Source: Aulosira sp. ZfuVER01
GTDB lineage: Bacteria; Cyanobacteriota; Cyanobacteriia; Cyanobacteriales; Nostocaceae
Length of the DNA stretch: 64,000 nucleotides
NCBI GenBank assembly: GCA_034530615.2
Contig: JAVRCV020000052.1
Span: 96,001-160,000, forward strand
Direction of reading: 5' to 3'
Shown: positions 20,379 to 31,141 of the stretch, one piece after another
Numbering within the stretch: position 1 is the first letter of the stretch
How the letters are laid out: the number at the start of each line of letters is the position of its first letter
The notes under the pieces: generated by a model
What the model saw: only the letters and a program-made list of their open reading frames with translations
The model's database searches: none
What the model was told of the DNA's origin: nothing
Program-made: the position numbers and the translations under genes

Positions 20379-21563
20379 TTATTCACCCAATTCTGCAAAT
20401 AACTCTGCCAAGATGACATTAGAAAATAAAAATCCTTGGGGATCGCTTAACCGCAATCGTCCCTTGCTAACTTCTACCCAACCTTTCTGAAAATACGGCT
20501 GTAAAAACTTATCAATCTCTTCTACTTTCTCTTCCCCAAATTTTGTCGCCAACGCCGTTAAACTAACACCTTCAGCCAAACGCAATCCCAACATGAGAGT
20601 TTCTAACAAAACTTCATTTGCTGGTGTGGCTTCACAATCAATTACACACCCGGCTTCTACCCATTGGTAATACTCCTTAGTCTTACGGGGACGAGTAAAC
20701 CGTTTACCCTGCACGTAGCTGGCCGCACCCATACCAAAACCATAATAAGAACGATTTTCCCAATAAACCCGATTATGCTGACATTGATGGCCAGGTTGGG
20801 CATAGTTAGAGATTTCATAATGCTCGTAACCCTCACCAGTCAAAACTTGCTGTGCCATCTGGTACATTTTGACTGTGGTTTCATCTGTGGGTAAAGGGCG
20901 ATCGCCTGGTTTGTAATAACGACCAAAAGCCGTACCCGGCTCAATGGTAAGGTCATAGATAGAGATGTGAGTTGGAGATAACCCCACAGCTTTTGTTAGA
21001 GAATCCTGCCAACGATCCAAAGACTGATGCGGTAAACCAGAAATCAAATCTAAACTGAATTCGGGTATCTCGACTTTGCGGACTAATTCCACAGATGCAA
21101 GAATATCTGCAATTGAGTGCGATCGCCCAGCAACTTTGAGTAACTCTTCTTGAAAAGCCTGTACACCCAAACTTACCCTATTCACCCCTAGACTGCGGTA
21201 GCCTGCTATATGTGCTAAATCAAACGTGCCAGGGTCCATTTCCATTGAAATCTCTGCTCCTGGTACAATACCAAAACGCCTTTCTAGTGCTTCTAGTATC
21301 TGTTGTAACTGCTCTATTGAGAGTAGCGAAGGAGTTCCGCCACCGAAAAAAATTGTTTTTAAGGGTTGACCAAATATCGGTGTAGTGCTGATTTCTTGAG
21401 TTAGCAGTTCCACATACTGGGAGATAGTACCAGATGTTTCACCACGCAAGCGATCGCCCACAACAGATATTGGAAAATCACAATAAAAGCACCTACGTCT
21501 GCAAAATGGAATATGCACATAAGCAGAACTGGGAACGCTATAAAAATTAACCTTTTTATTCAT
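20379..21563 (-). CDS. hemW: Radical SAM heme chaperone HemW (HemN-like)
   Basis: YVHIPFCRRRCFYCDF, GGGTPS, YEISNY, HNRVYW. Confidence 0.9.
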   Translation of the reverse strand: MNKKVNFYSVPSSAYVHIPFCRRRCFYCDFPISVVGDRLRGETSGTISQYVELLTQEISTTPIFGQPLKTIFFGGGTPSLLSIEQLQQILEALERRFGIVPGAEISMEMDPGTFDLAHIAGYRSLGVNRVSLGVQAFQEELLKVAGRSHSIADILASVELVRKVEIPEFSLDLISGLPHQSLDRWQDSLTKAVGLSPTHISIYDLTIEPGTAFGRYYKPGDRPLPTDETTVKMYQMAQQVLTGEGYEHYEISNYAQPGHQCQHNRVYWENRSYYGFGMGAASYVQGKRFTRPRKTKEYYQWVEAGCVIDCEATPANEVLLETLMLGLRLAEGVSLTALATKFGEEKVEEIDKFLQPYFQKGWVEVSKGRLRLSDPQGFLFSNVILAELFAELGE

Positions 21564-21816
21564 TGTGAGAAATAATAAAATTAATCATCCTGAGAATTAA
21601 AAACAATAAAAATTTAGTAGTTTATTTAAGGGTTTTATCGTTTTACAACAAAACAATGAAAAATATAAAGTTAAAACTATTTGGTTATAATATTTGCAGA
21701 TATTGCCTGCTTAAACCCCTAGAGTTAAGTAAACATTTATCAATCTGTTTTGCCGATGAAATAAAAAATACTTAAACTCTTTCGGTTAATACCAGTTGCA
21801 GGAAAACAAAAAAACC

Positions 21817-22893
21817 ATGCTGGATGCAATTATTATTCTCTCATTTATCCTAGCAGCAGCGGGAATAGGGTTCTATAGCATTGAACTACTACCCAATGGC
21901 TCGCTAGATCGGGTGACAAACCTAGAAGCTTTACGCTTAGTTGTTGCCGTCTTTGCCGCCATTATTGGCGGTGCAGTTGGGCTGAGTTTCCAAACGACAT
22001 ATCGTCGCTTAGAAGCACAAGTCAGAGAAATGCCTCTGGAAATGATCTTAACGCGGGCGATCGGTTTGGTGATTGGACTATTGTTAGCCAACTTGATGCT
22101 AGCCCCGCTATTTTTGCTACCTATTCCGCCCGATTTTAGTTTTATTAAGCCCTTAGTGGCAGTTGTCGGCAGTATTATACTAGCCGTCACTGGTATGAAT
22201 TTGGCTGACACCCACGGGCGAGGTTTATTGCGATTCATTAATCCCAACACCGTAGAAACAATGGTAGCGGAAGGGACTCTCAAACCTGCCAATACTAAAG
22301 TGTTAGATACTAGCTGTATTATTGATGGTCGCATTGAAACACTTTTAGAAACCGGCTTTCTAGAAGGGCAAATTATCGTACCGCAGTTTGTCTTACAAGA
22401 ATTGCAACAAGTAGCCGATGCTAGTAAAGACCAAAAGCGGGTGCGGGGAAGGCGAGGACTAGAAATTCTCAACCGCATTAAAGAAGCTTATCCCGATCGC
22501 ATTCTCATCAACCCATCTGACTACGAAGATATTCCCACAGTAGATGCCAAGTTAGTGCGATTCGCGCAAGAAATCAACGGTACGCTGCTAACTAACGACT
22601 ACAATCTATCAAAAGTTGCTAGCGTGCAGAAAGTACCAGTCTTGAATGTCAATGATTTAGTTAACGCTGTACGTCCCACCTATTTACCTGGTGATAACCT
22701 TGATTTGAAGATTCTCAAAGAAGGTAAAGAACCCAGTCAGGGAATTGGCTACCTAGATGATGGCACAATGGTTGTCGTGGAAGAAGGTAGCAGTTATGTA
22801 GGTGGTGAATTGCGAGTGGTAGTCACCAGTGCTTTACAAACCTCCGCAGGACGCATGATTTTTGCTAAACCACAGGCTTCAGCATTGGCATAA
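21817..22893 (+). CDS. PIN/TRAM domain membrane protein (YacL-like)
   Basis: N-terminal TM helices, LDTSCIIDGR, TNDYNL, GYLDDGTMVVVE. Confidence 0.9.
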   Translation: MLDAIIILSFILAAAGIGFYSIELLPNGSLDRVTNLEALRLVVAVFAAIIGGAVGLSFQTTYRRLEAQVREMPLEMILTRAIGLVIGLLLANLMLAPLFLLPIPPDFSFIKPLVAVVGSIILAVTGMNLADTHGRGLLRFINPNTVETMVAEGTLKPANTKVLDTSCIIDGRIETLLETGFLEGQIIVPQFVLQELQQVADASKDQKRVRGRRGLEILNRIKEAYPDRILINPSDYEDIPTVDAKLVRFAQEINGTLLTNDYNLSKVASVQKVPVLNVNDLVNAVRPTYLPGDNLDLKILKEGKEPSQGIGYLDDGTMVVVEEGSSYVGGELRVVVTSALQTSAGRMIFAKPQASALA

Positions 22894-22927
22894 GACAATA
22901 GAATGTTTACTTCAAGTGAATTTAGCG

Positions 22928-22952
22928 ATCGGTGTAGGTTAACTGCACCGAT
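22928..22952. terminator. Hairpin between convergent genes
   Basis: ATCGGTGTAG-GTTAA-CTGCACCGAT inverted repeat. Confidence 0.5.
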
Positions 22953-22998
22953 TGTTTATTATATTCATGAGACTAACTTAATCAAGAAAGAATGAACT

Positions 22999-23817
22999 CT
23001 ATTGTTTATCGTTGCTCCCTAATTCCGCCTGTAAATTCTCTAACCGATCTGTTGATAAGCCGGTAACATTTGCTATTTGTTCTAATGGCATACCAGTATT
23101 AATTAGATTTCTCGCCACTTCAAGTAAAGCCTCAGCCTTACCTTCGGCTTTACCCTCAGCTTTACCTTCGGCTTTACCTTCTGCCTTACCCTCTTCTAGA
23201 ATATCTTGATAAATTACTGATTCACGCATAATATCTGACCTCAAAACTCGTTTTATCACCTCTTTATCTAATACTAAACCAGCTAAAACTGCTGTAGCAG
23301 CAGCAATATTACTTTGAGCTTTCAATTCCGTTATGCTGTTAATTTGTTGTGCGACATCATTAAGCACTACTTCTGGTTCAATTGTACTGCTTAATGCTGC
23401 AAAGGGTAACAGTCCAGGCGTTCTTATAAATACTTCAGTCGGTTGTTCCCAAAGTCTGATAACTGTAAATTCATGGCGCGTCTTAGGAATTGAAAATGTA
23501 TTTTGTTGCACCAAATCTGAGTTTGTCTGTTTGAGATAGATTACGACTTGATGCATTGCTTTTTTTGGGAATCGGCGATAAACGCGAACCCGATAATCTA
23601 GCATCCGAAAAGGGATTTCAGCATCAATTTGGGTTTGAAATTCTAGATGCAGTATATTTTGTGCTGACTGTAGCAAAATCAGCGCATCAGCACGAATCGG
23701 TTCAAGGGATAATTCTTGAGGACTCAGTTCCGTTAAAGTGATGGGTTCACCTAACAACCACGTAGCGAAGTCTGAGGAGAAATTTTCAGCGAGGAATTTG
23801 CAAATGTTGTCAAACAT
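22999..23817 (-). CDS. Rpn family PD-(D/E)XK nuclease / putative transposase
   Basis: MFDNICKFLAE, EPIRAD, LHLEFQT, MRESVIYQ, tandem EGKA repeats. Confidence 0.87.
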   Translation of the reverse strand: MFDNICKFLAENFSSDFATWLLGEPITLTELSPQELSLEPIRADALILLQSAQNILHLEFQTQIDAEIPFRMLDYRVRVYRRFPKKAMHQVVIYLKQTNSDLVQQNTFSIPKTRHEFTVIRLWEQPTEVFIRTPGLLPFAALSSTIEPEVVLNDVAQQINSITELKAQSNIAAATAVLAGLVLDKEVIKRVLRSDIMRESVIYQDILEEGKAEGKAEGKAEGKAEGKAEALLEVARNLINTGMPLEQIANVTGLSTDRLENLQAELGSNDKQ

Positions 23818-23866
23818 ATTGCAATTTTAGCAATTAGTGCGTACATGCTGTATTTGTATAAGAAGA

Positions 23867-24055
23867 ATGCCAAGTAAAATTCGAGTTAAATTATGCGATA
23901 GCTGTAGTCAATCTGCATCAATTTTGTACAGAGTGAAATATGAAGAAGGCGGTAAATGGATATTTGTTTGTCCTGAATGTTGGAATTTAGTAAGTGAAAA
24001 CAACCCGTTTTATGTTTACGGAGGAACCTGGAAAGCTCAAAAAAATAGAAGGTGA
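23867..24055 (+). CDS. Small putative zinc-binding hypothetical protein
   Basis: CDSC...CPEC pair and YVYGGTWKA tail. Confidence 0.65.
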   Translation: MPSKIRVKLCDSCSQSASILYRVKYEEGGKWIFVCPECWNLVSENNPFYVYGGTWKAQKNRR

Positions 24056-24056
24056 A

Positions 24057-24443
24057 TTAATGCTCATAAATCTCTAATGGCAAGTTATCTGGGTCTTTGA
24101 AGAAAGTAAACTTCTTGCCTGTAATTTCATCGATTCTGATATTTTCTACTTCTATACCTTGCGATTGTAAATCAATAACAGTTTGCTCAATATCATCAAC
24201 GGCAAATGCAAGATGTCTTAAACCACAAGCTTCTGGCGTACTAGGTCTTTGTGGAGGATTGGGAAAAGAAAATAACTCAATTTGGCTATTTTCGCCAACT
24301 CGTAAATCTAATTTATAAGAATTTCTGTGAGCGCGGAAAGTTTCGTGAATAATCGGAAAACCCAAAACTTCTACATAAAATTTTTTTGAGCGTTCGTAGT
24401 CAGAGCAAATGATAGCTATGTGATGAATATCATTGATTTTCAT
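24057..24443 (-). CDS. VOC/glyoxalase family metalloprotein (YaeR-like)
   Basis: IHHIAIICSDY, GLRHLAF, FFKDPDNLPLE. Confidence 0.9.
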   Translation of the reverse strand: MKINDIHHIAIICSDYERSKKFYVEVLGFPIIHETFRAHRNSYKLDLRVGENSQIELFSFPNPPQRPSTPEACGLRHLAFAVDDIEQTVIDLQSQGIEVENIRIDEITGKKFTFFKDPDNLPLEIYEH

Positions 24444-24502
24444 AAATTACGAATTATGAATTATGAATTATAAGGGCAGGCGATCGCCCACCCTCACCTA
24501 AA

Positions 24503-25783
24503 TTAATCTTGTAAAATCGTCTTTGAGACAATTCTAGTTTTCTTGCGGTCTGCTTCCGACAGTTCTTCACCAGCTTGCAGGCGGGTGGCAGAAGTTTGTA
24601 ATACTGTGGCTGCACCTTTATCTCCTATCTGTAGGGCAGTTTTAGCGGCTGTTTGCAACATGGTTGCAGCACCAATGAGATCGCCCTGTTGTAATTTCGC
24701 TTCTGCTAACTGAGTTTGGCGATACTTGGCTAATGCTAAAATCGATTGCTGTACCTGAGGATTGGGATTTGGCTGGTAAACGCGAACCACATCTGCATAC
24801 ACAGGTGCGATCGCAGAAAGTAAGCCTTGTCTATCTACAGATGGATCGTCATAACGGATTTGCACATGGCCGATCTCTTGTCTACCTTCTGGTAAATTGC
24901 CTAGATAAATATTGACTAAAACTACCCGTTCCACATCTTGCATCAAGTCTCCCAAGCGCACAATAAAGCGTCCATCGGCTTCTTGCTGCACTGGTAACTC
25001 AATTGTATCTGGTGCTACTTGGGCAATCGGTTTGAGTTCTGCTAGCCGGACATTTGGCATTAAGGACAATAACAAGTAGGCGTTAGTTAGCCCAACAGAC
25101 TGAATCCTTCTAAATAAACGGCTAAATTCATCTACTGCTTGTTCGGGATGCTCAATATAAGCTAGAGTTCCACCACCAGCATCGGCAATTTTTTCTAGTA
25201 AATCAGAGTTCCAATTAGTCCCAAATCCCAAGGTGTTGAGAGTCAAGTTGAACTTAGTTGCTTTATGAGCAAGTTCTAGACAGCGTTTGTTGTCATCTGG
25301 CCCTAACTCCCATTTCCAAATTCGCAAGCTGCTTTCACCATGTCCATCTGTCAGCAAAAACGCCTGGGAAACAGCACCTTTTGTACCTTTCATCAATTCT
25401 GTAATTCCCAGCGCCAAACCTTCAGCAATTACCGTACCACCGCTAGCGCTAAGTTTGTTTTTAATTTGTGATTTAATGCTTTCGATGTCTTGAACTACTT
25501 GGTTGGGGATAATAACTTCTGCTGAACCAGCAAAGGCGACAACGGAAATGCGATCGCCTGGTTTTAGTCGATCGAGTAATCCTTCTACTGCTTGAATTAC
25601 GGTGTTGATTGGTTTTCCATGCATGGAACCACTCTTATCGAGAATCAAGCATAAGTTGATGGGCAAATTGCTATCAAATTCGCCAGCGATCGCAGAAATG
25701 GAAATGCCCAGTTGACGCTGGCTAGTTGCTTGCGCCACATCAACATTACTATCATTGAGTACCGACAGTAATTTTACTTTCAT
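24503..25783 (-). CDS. VWA domain protein (paralog 2)
   Basis: MIDAS DKSGS, GGT, LLTDG; ATGA overlap with the upstream paralog. Confidence 0.88.
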   Translation of the reverse strand: MKVKLLSVLNDSNVDVAQATSQRQLGISISAIAGEFDSNLPINLCLILDKSGSMHGKPINTVIQAVEGLLDRLKPGDRISVVAFAGSAEVIIPNQVVQDIESIKSQIKNKLSASGGTVIAEGLALGITELMKGTKGAVSQAFLLTDGHGESSLRIWKWELGPDDNKRCLELAHKATKFNLTLNTLGFGTNWNSDLLEKIADAGGGTLAYIEHPEQAVDEFSRLFRRIQSVGLTNAYLLLSLMPNVRLAELKPIAQVAPDTIELPVQQEADGRFIVRLGDLMQDVERVVLVNIYLGNLPEGRQEIGHVQIRYDDPSVDRQGLLSAIAPVYADVVRVYQPNPNPQVQQSILALAKYRQTQLAEAKLQQGDLIGAATMLQTAAKTALQIGDKGAATVLQTSATRLQAGEELSEADRKKTRIVSKTILQD

Positions 25784-27036
25784 TGGCGAGGAGTATCCTG
25801 CAAAACTGTTTTTGAGACAATTCTAGTTTTCTTGCGATCGCTTTCCGATAACTCTTCACCAGCTTGCAACCGAGTGGCGGAAGTTTGCAACACTGTGGCT
25901 GCGCCTGTATCTCCCATTTGTAAGGCAGTTTTCGCAGCAGTTTGTAACATTGTCGCTGCACCAGCGCGATCGCCTTGTTGCAATTTGGCTTCTGCTAACT
26001 GAGTTTGGCGATATTTAGCTAATGCCAAAATAGACTGTTGTACTTGAGTATTAGCAGCAGGTTGGTAAACTCTAGCTACATTCACATAAACTGGGACGTT
26101 GGGCGTGAATAACCCTGTCTTGTTATTAGCGGGGTCATCGTAGCGGACTTGCACATTGGCGATCGCTTGTTTACCTTCGGGCAATTGTCCCAGATAAATA
26201 TTAGCTAAAATCACCCGTTCCACATCCTTCATCAAGTCTCCCAAACGCACGGCAAAGCGTCCATCACCTTCTGGTTGCACTGGTAACTCAATCGTATCTG
26301 GAGAAACCTGGGCAATTGGCTTGAGTTCTGCTAGCCGGACATTTGGCATCAGGGAGAATAGTAAATAAGCATTAGTCAAGCCAATGGTTTGAATCCGGTT
26401 AAACAGGCGGCTAAACTCCTCCACTACCCGATCGGGGTTTTGAATATAAGACAGCGTGCCTAAACCAGCATCAGCAATTTTTTCTAAAATATCCTGATTC
26501 CAGTTGTCACCAAATCCCAAGGTATTTAAAGTCAAGTTATAGTTAGCAGCCAATTGCGCAAATTTCAAACAGCGATCGTTATCACCATGTTCATTTTCGC
26601 CATCAGTTAACAAAAAAACTTGAGAAACAGTGTCTTTTTTCCCCTTTGCTAACTCCTCAATGCCCAAACGCAAACCTTCATCAATTGCCGTCCCACCATC
26701 AGCACTCAAGCGGTTAATTTGCTTTTTGATGTGTTCTCGGTCTTCAATAACTTGATTGGGTACTAAGACTTTGGCCCGGTGATCGAAAACCACAACAGTC
26801 AGACGATCCCCTGGATTGAGTCTATCAACCAAACGATTTGCCGCTTGCTTGACAGTTTCTAGAGGTCGCCCATTCATCGAACCACTATGATCGAGAATTA
26901 AACATAAATTAAGTGGGACATTGCGATCCAAAATTTCCCCGATCGCAGAAATCGAAAGCGATAACTGACGCTGGCTGTTCGGTTGATTAGCATCTAAATT
27001 ACTATCATTCAGGACGGGCTGTAAGTTAACTTTCAT
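25780..27036 (-). CDS. VWA domain protein (paralog 1)
   Basis: MIDAS DHSGS, GGT, LLTDG. Confidence 0.88.
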   Translation of the reverse strand: MKVNLQPVLNDSNLDANQPNSQRQLSLSISAIGEILDRNVPLNLCLILDHSGSMNGRPLETVKQAANRLVDRLNPGDRLTVVVFDHRAKVLVPNQVIEDREHIKKQINRLSADGGTAIDEGLRLGIEELAKGKKDTVSQVFLLTDGENEHGDNDRCLKFAQLAANYNLTLNTLGFGDNWNQDILEKIADAGLGTLSYIQNPDRVVEEFSRLFNRIQTIGLTNAYLLFSLMPNVRLAELKPIAQVSPDTIELPVQPEGDGRFAVRLGDLMKDVERVILANIYLGQLPEGKQAIANVQVRYDDPANNKTGLFTPNVPVYVNVARVYQPAANTQVQQSILALAKYRQTQLAEAKLQQGDRAGAATMLQTAAKTALQMGDTGAATVLQTSATRLQAGEELSESDRKKTRIVSKTVLQDTPRQ

Positions 27037-27374
27037 AACGCAAAATTCCTAGTAAGGATATACATTTTTATAAATAACTTCAAAGCTTAACATTAGCGCT
27101 ACGGAAAACAGATACATTTAACTATCTGTCAAAAGTCTAGATTCCAAAGTCCAGAATAATTAATCTTGACCACTGACCATTGACCACTGACTCTTAACGA
27201 AAAAATATGCAACTTAAAATCGCAGTAGCTTATATTCAAGAATATCTTAGAAGCTAAGGATTGGCAGATGTTCAGCCCCCTGAACCATTAGCCAGAAATC
27301 CACACCTTGAAGATAGCTAGCATCGCGCTAGTATGTATTACAGTTAACGGCATAATTTCAGGCGATCAGTTGCT

Positions 27375-28037
27375 ATGGACATTTCCCCCATCAAGGCTGT
27401 TCAAGCCCCCTATTACGGCGATAATTCTTACCGGACGCCGCCGCCAGATTTACCTTCCCTATTGTTGAAGGAGCGAATTGTCTATCTTGGGATGCCCCTG
27501 GTACCTGCTGTCACAGAATTGATCGTCGCGCAACTACTCTATTTGCAGTCCGACGACCCCGAGAAGCCTATTAAAATTTATATCAACTCAACCGGCACAT
27601 CCGGTTATAGTGGCGAGCCGATTGGCTTTGAAACCGAAGCCTTCGCCATCTATGACACCATGAAGTACATCAAGCCACCCATCCACACTATCTGCATCGG
27701 TTCAGCAATGGGTATGGCAGCGATGCTACTCGGTGCCGGTACTAAAGGTTGCCGCGCTAGTTTACCCAACGCCAATATTATCCTGCACCAGCCCAAGAGC
27801 TACGCCCAAGGTCAAGCAACGGATATCCAAATTCGGGCGAAGGAAGTTCTGGCAAATAAGGCATCAATGGTTGATATCATATCTCGCACCACTGGGCAAA
27901 CCCCAGAAAAAATTACCAAAGATATGGATCGCCTCTTCTACATGACTCCCTATCAAGCTAAGGAATACGGTTTGATCGATCGAGTTTTTGAAAAAGAAGA
28001 ACTTGCCAATCCACCTCTGCCTGCGAGCATTCTTTAA
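27375..28037 (+). CDS. clpR: Clp protease non-catalytic subunit ClpR
   Basis: RTPPPDLPSLLLKERIVYLG; catalytic Ser motif altered (SAMGMAA); upstream of clpP. Confidence 0.9.
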   Translation: MDISPIKAVQAPYYGDNSYRTPPPDLPSLLLKERIVYLGMPLVPAVTELIVAQLLYLQSDDPEKPIKIYINSTGTSGYSGEPIGFETEAFAIYDTMKYIKPPIHTICIGSAMGMAAMLLGAGTKGCRASLPNANIILHQPKSYAQGQATDIQIRAKEVLANKASMVDIISRTTGQTPEKITKDMDRLFYMTPYQAKEYGLIDRVFEKEELANPPLPASIL

Positions 28038-28130
28038 TGAGTCAAGAGTCAAAAGTCAAAGGTCAATATCATTTTGACTGTGGATTGTGGACTTTGGACT
28101 AAGTAATAAATTACAAATGGAGTAGCAAAA

Positions 28131-28724
28131 ATGCCTATAGGTGTTCCTAAAGTTCCTTACCGGATGCCCGGCGGGCAGTTTACAGATTGGATTAGCATCT
28201 ACGATCGCCTTTACCGAGAAAGAATTATTTTTTTGGGGCGAGACATTGATGACGAAATTGCCAACCAAATTATCGCGGTTATGTTATACCTGGACTCGGA
28301 AGATCCAGGTAAGGACATTTATTTGTACATCAATTCCCCCGGTGGTATGGTTACTTCCGGCTTGGCAATTTATGACACCATGCAACACATCAAATCAGAT
28401 GTGGTAACAATTTGCGTGGGTTTAGCCGCCTCAATGGGGTCTTTCCTCTTGGCTGCTGGCACCAAAGGCAAACGCATGGCATTGCCTCACTCACGGATTA
28501 TGATTCACCAACCTTCTGGTGGAACCCGTGGACAAGCAACGGATATCGAAATTGAAGCTAGAGAGATTCTGCGGATTCGTAACCAGCTCAATCAGATTTA
28601 TGTCAATAACACTGGTCAGACTTTGGCCAAAATTGAAAAAGACATGGATCGTGACTTTTTCATGTCTGCTCAAGAAGCTAAAGAATACGGTTTGATTGAC
28701 CGTGTGATTGAAGAACGTCCTTAG
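28131..28724 (+). CDS. clpP: ATP-dependent Clp protease proteolytic subunit (ClpP3 type)
   Basis: YINSPGG, GLAASMG, RIMIHQP. Confidence 0.95.
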   Translation: MPIGVPKVPYRMPGGQFTDWISIYDRLYRERIIFLGRDIDDEIANQIIAVMLYLDSEDPGKDIYLYINSPGGMVTSGLAIYDTMQHIKSDVVTICVGLAASMGSFLLAAGTKGKRMALPHSRIMIHQPSGGTRGQATDIEIEAREILRIRNQLNQIYVNNTGQTLAKIEKDMDRDFFMSAQEAKEYGLIDRVIEERP

Positions 28725-28734
28725 TAGGTAGCAC

Positions 28735-28887
28735 AGGGGCAGGGAGCAGGGGGGACAAGGAAGACAAGGAGGACAAGAAATTTTAGGTTTTGGATTTTAG
28801 ATTGAAAACTAATCCAAAATCGTAAATCCAAAATCCAAAATTGTTTCCAATGCCCCATGCCCAATGCCCAATGCCCCATGCCCCACA
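28735..28887. repeat. Cluster of short tandem repeats (STRR-like heptamers)
   Basis: TTTTGGA/TCCAAAA and CCCAATG/CCCCATG units; similar clusters at ~24445-24470, 27168-27192, 28039-28101 and 29648-29785. Confidence 0.75.
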
Positions 28888-29003
28888 CCTAAAATAAATT
28901 GTCAATCGTGAACTTTCAATTAGAATATAAATCTTTATTATTAATAACTTCAGACTTTAAGCGGAAAGCTTGAAGCTGAATATTCGATAGCTGATAGCTC
29001 AAG

Positions 29004-29633
29004 ATGGATCTTGGAGATTGCTACCGTGTATTGGGTTTAAGATCGGGGGCCTCTTTTGCCGACATCAAAGCGTCTTACAGACGATTGGCGCAGCAATATC
29101 ATCCCGACATCAACCCTGATGACAACAAAGCTAAAGACAAATTTATTGCATTGACAGAGGCTTACAAACTCCTGCTGACGGTAGTCATACCAACAGATAC
29201 TGTTGGCACTGCGAGTCAATCGCAGGTGTCTGCGCGTGAGGGAAAAAACGCAACAGCAACACCGCAGGAGAAAGCACCAGCAGCTTCGGTGAAAACCCAA
29301 CAAGTGACAACACCAAAGCCACCAAGTGTTACAGCCATAGAAGAGCGGCTCAAGTGGAAGACTTACGAGCAGTTGCAGCGATTTTTAAAAGAAAAACGAT
29401 ATCCGCAAGCGATCGCACTTGTCGAAGCGTTGGCAGATCGCTTACCAGAAGACACAGAAGTTCGTCAGTGGCAAGCTATTGCTTATCAAGTTTGGGGACG
29501 GGTGCTAATCGAGCAACATCAGGTGCTAAAAGCCAGAATTTATCTCAAAAAAGCCCTCAAAACTGACCCCAACAATAAAGCTTTGTGTAATGAGGTGCAG
29601 CGAGATTTCCAGCGTTTGGATCAGATTTTTTAA
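29004..29633 (+). CDS. DnaJ (J-domain) protein with TPR-like C-terminus
   Basis: CYRVLGL..IKASYRRLAQQYHPD. Confidence 0.88.
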   Translation: MDLGDCYRVLGLRSGASFADIKASYRRLAQQYHPDINPDDNKAKDKFIALTEAYKLLLTVVIPTDTVGTASQSQVSAREGKNATATPQEKAPAASVKTQQVTTPKPPSVTAIEERLKWKTYEQLQRFLKEKRYPQAIALVEALADRLPEDTEVRQWQAIAYQVWGRVLIEQHQVLKARIYLKKALKTDPNNKALCNEVQRDFQRLDQIF

Positions 29634-29785
29634 CGATCATTTTTTATTGGGCATGGGGCAAACAAGGAGTGTGGGAAGTGTGGGAGGATGGGGAAGATAG
29701 GGAAAGCTAATAAAGTGTGTTTATTTTCTCCCCTCTCTCCCCTCTCTACCCAAACTCCCCCATCTCCCCTGCACCCCTACCTCCC

Positions 29786-31141
29786 CTATCTTTGGGCGTG
29801 TATATAGTCCACAAAGTAAAATTTAGGACGAAGCCAGAATTTTAACCAAGTGTAAACTCCTAAACTAATTAGGGCTGTAATCATTAAGGGTAAGCCTAGC
29901 TTGACTCGCAGCGCATCAGGGAGAAGGGCAACTACTGAGAGTGTAATAATAAAGTACGCTACAAGTATTACCTGCGATCGCTCTATATTTTTCAGGGCCT
30001 GACGACAGCTACTACAATGCTGAGTATGTTGTTTGTAGCGATCTAGCATCACCGAGCGATCTTCGTTGATTGTTGGGCTTTCTGGAACTTTAATACCCAC
30101 TTCGCTCCAAGGTAGTTGTCCGTGACAATACTTATCAAACCAATTCCGAAATTCAATGACTAAGCGATCTGCGCTTGTAGGTAGTTTGTAAGCAGTTTTC
30201 CAACTTTCAACTGATGTTTTTTGTTGAAGAAAGTACTCTTGTTGTTGCAAAAGTATCATATCTCCATCAAGAACCGAATTTCGAGTTTTGATATGAGTCC
30301 ACCAGCGAGGTATTAAACGATGAAGTGTTGTGGCAAAATTACGACTAAATTGCGCTACAATCCTTGATTTACCTGGAGACACGGGAATGCAATAGGTAAC
30401 GAGTCCCATCTGCTTGTCAGAGTTAGGAATACCAATCGCATACTCCAAGTGGCAAGGTGGTTCAAAAGTAATTTTTGTTTTATAGAATACTTCACTATTT
30501 ACTTCAATCAAATTTGGTGTTGATTGCAAAACTTTCAGAGGGATGGGTCTTGCTTGTTCGCGATCGCCTTGAAATCCATGATGGGCAAAAGGAACATGGC
30601 TAGGATCTGCAATATTTTCTACAAGGGTTTGCCAATCGTATTCTAAATCACGTACATAAGAATCCCAAACAAAACCTTTGCTAGCATCTACTAAAGGTGA
30701 TAAAGGTAACGGTGTAGCATCAGCATTGGCAGTTGATTTCGCATCTGGCCAGACCCAAAGTAAATCATTTTGTTGGCGTACAGGCAGCGAAACTACGCAG
30801 AAATTTTGTTGATTTTTAGTAACAATTTGTGGATCTTCAGCTTGGGGAATATGGGTACAAATTCCTTGCGCATCAAATTGCCAGCCGTGATAGCTACACA
30901 TTAAATTGCCTGTTTTCTCGTCAACCCTTCCTTCACTCAAGGGAGCTAGGCGATGAGGACATTGATCTAAAAATACTCGGTAAGTTTCAGATGATTGGGG
31001 CTTCCATACGACTAAACGAAGTCCCAAAAGAGTTACTGATGTTGGTTGCTTGGGGTCGATATCTTCAATTGGCAACAGAGGATACCAGTGCTGAAAAAAG
31101 TTGAATTCGGATTGCATTTTACTTTGTTTACCTTTAATCAT
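29786..31141 (-). CDS. Rieske non-heme oxygenase, pheophorbide a oxygenase (PaO) family
   Basis: CPHRLAPLSEG..CSYHGW, ENIADPSHVPFAHH, HTQHCSSC, C-terminal TM helices. Confidence 0.88.
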   Translation of the reverse strand: MIKGKQSKMQSEFNFFQHWYPLLPIEDIDPKQPTSVTLLGLRLVVWKPQSSETYRVFLDQCPHRLAPLSEGRVDEKTGNLMCSYHGWQFDAQGICTHIPQAEDPQIVTKNQQNFCVVSLPVRQQNDLLWVWPDAKSTANADATPLPLSPLVDASKGFVWDSYVRDLEYDWQTLVENIADPSHVPFAHHGFQGDREQARPIPLKVLQSTPNLIEVNSEVFYKTKITFEPPCHLEYAIGIPNSDKQMGLVTYCIPVSPGKSRIVAQFSRNFATTLHRLIPRWWTHIKTRNSVLDGDMILLQQQEYFLQQKTSVESWKTAYKLPTSADRLVIEFRNWFDKYCHGQLPWSEVGIKVPESPTINEDRSVMLDRYKQHTQHCSSCRQALKNIERSQVILVAYFIITLSVVALLPDALRVKLGLPLMITALISLGVYTWLKFWLRPKFYFVDYIHAQR

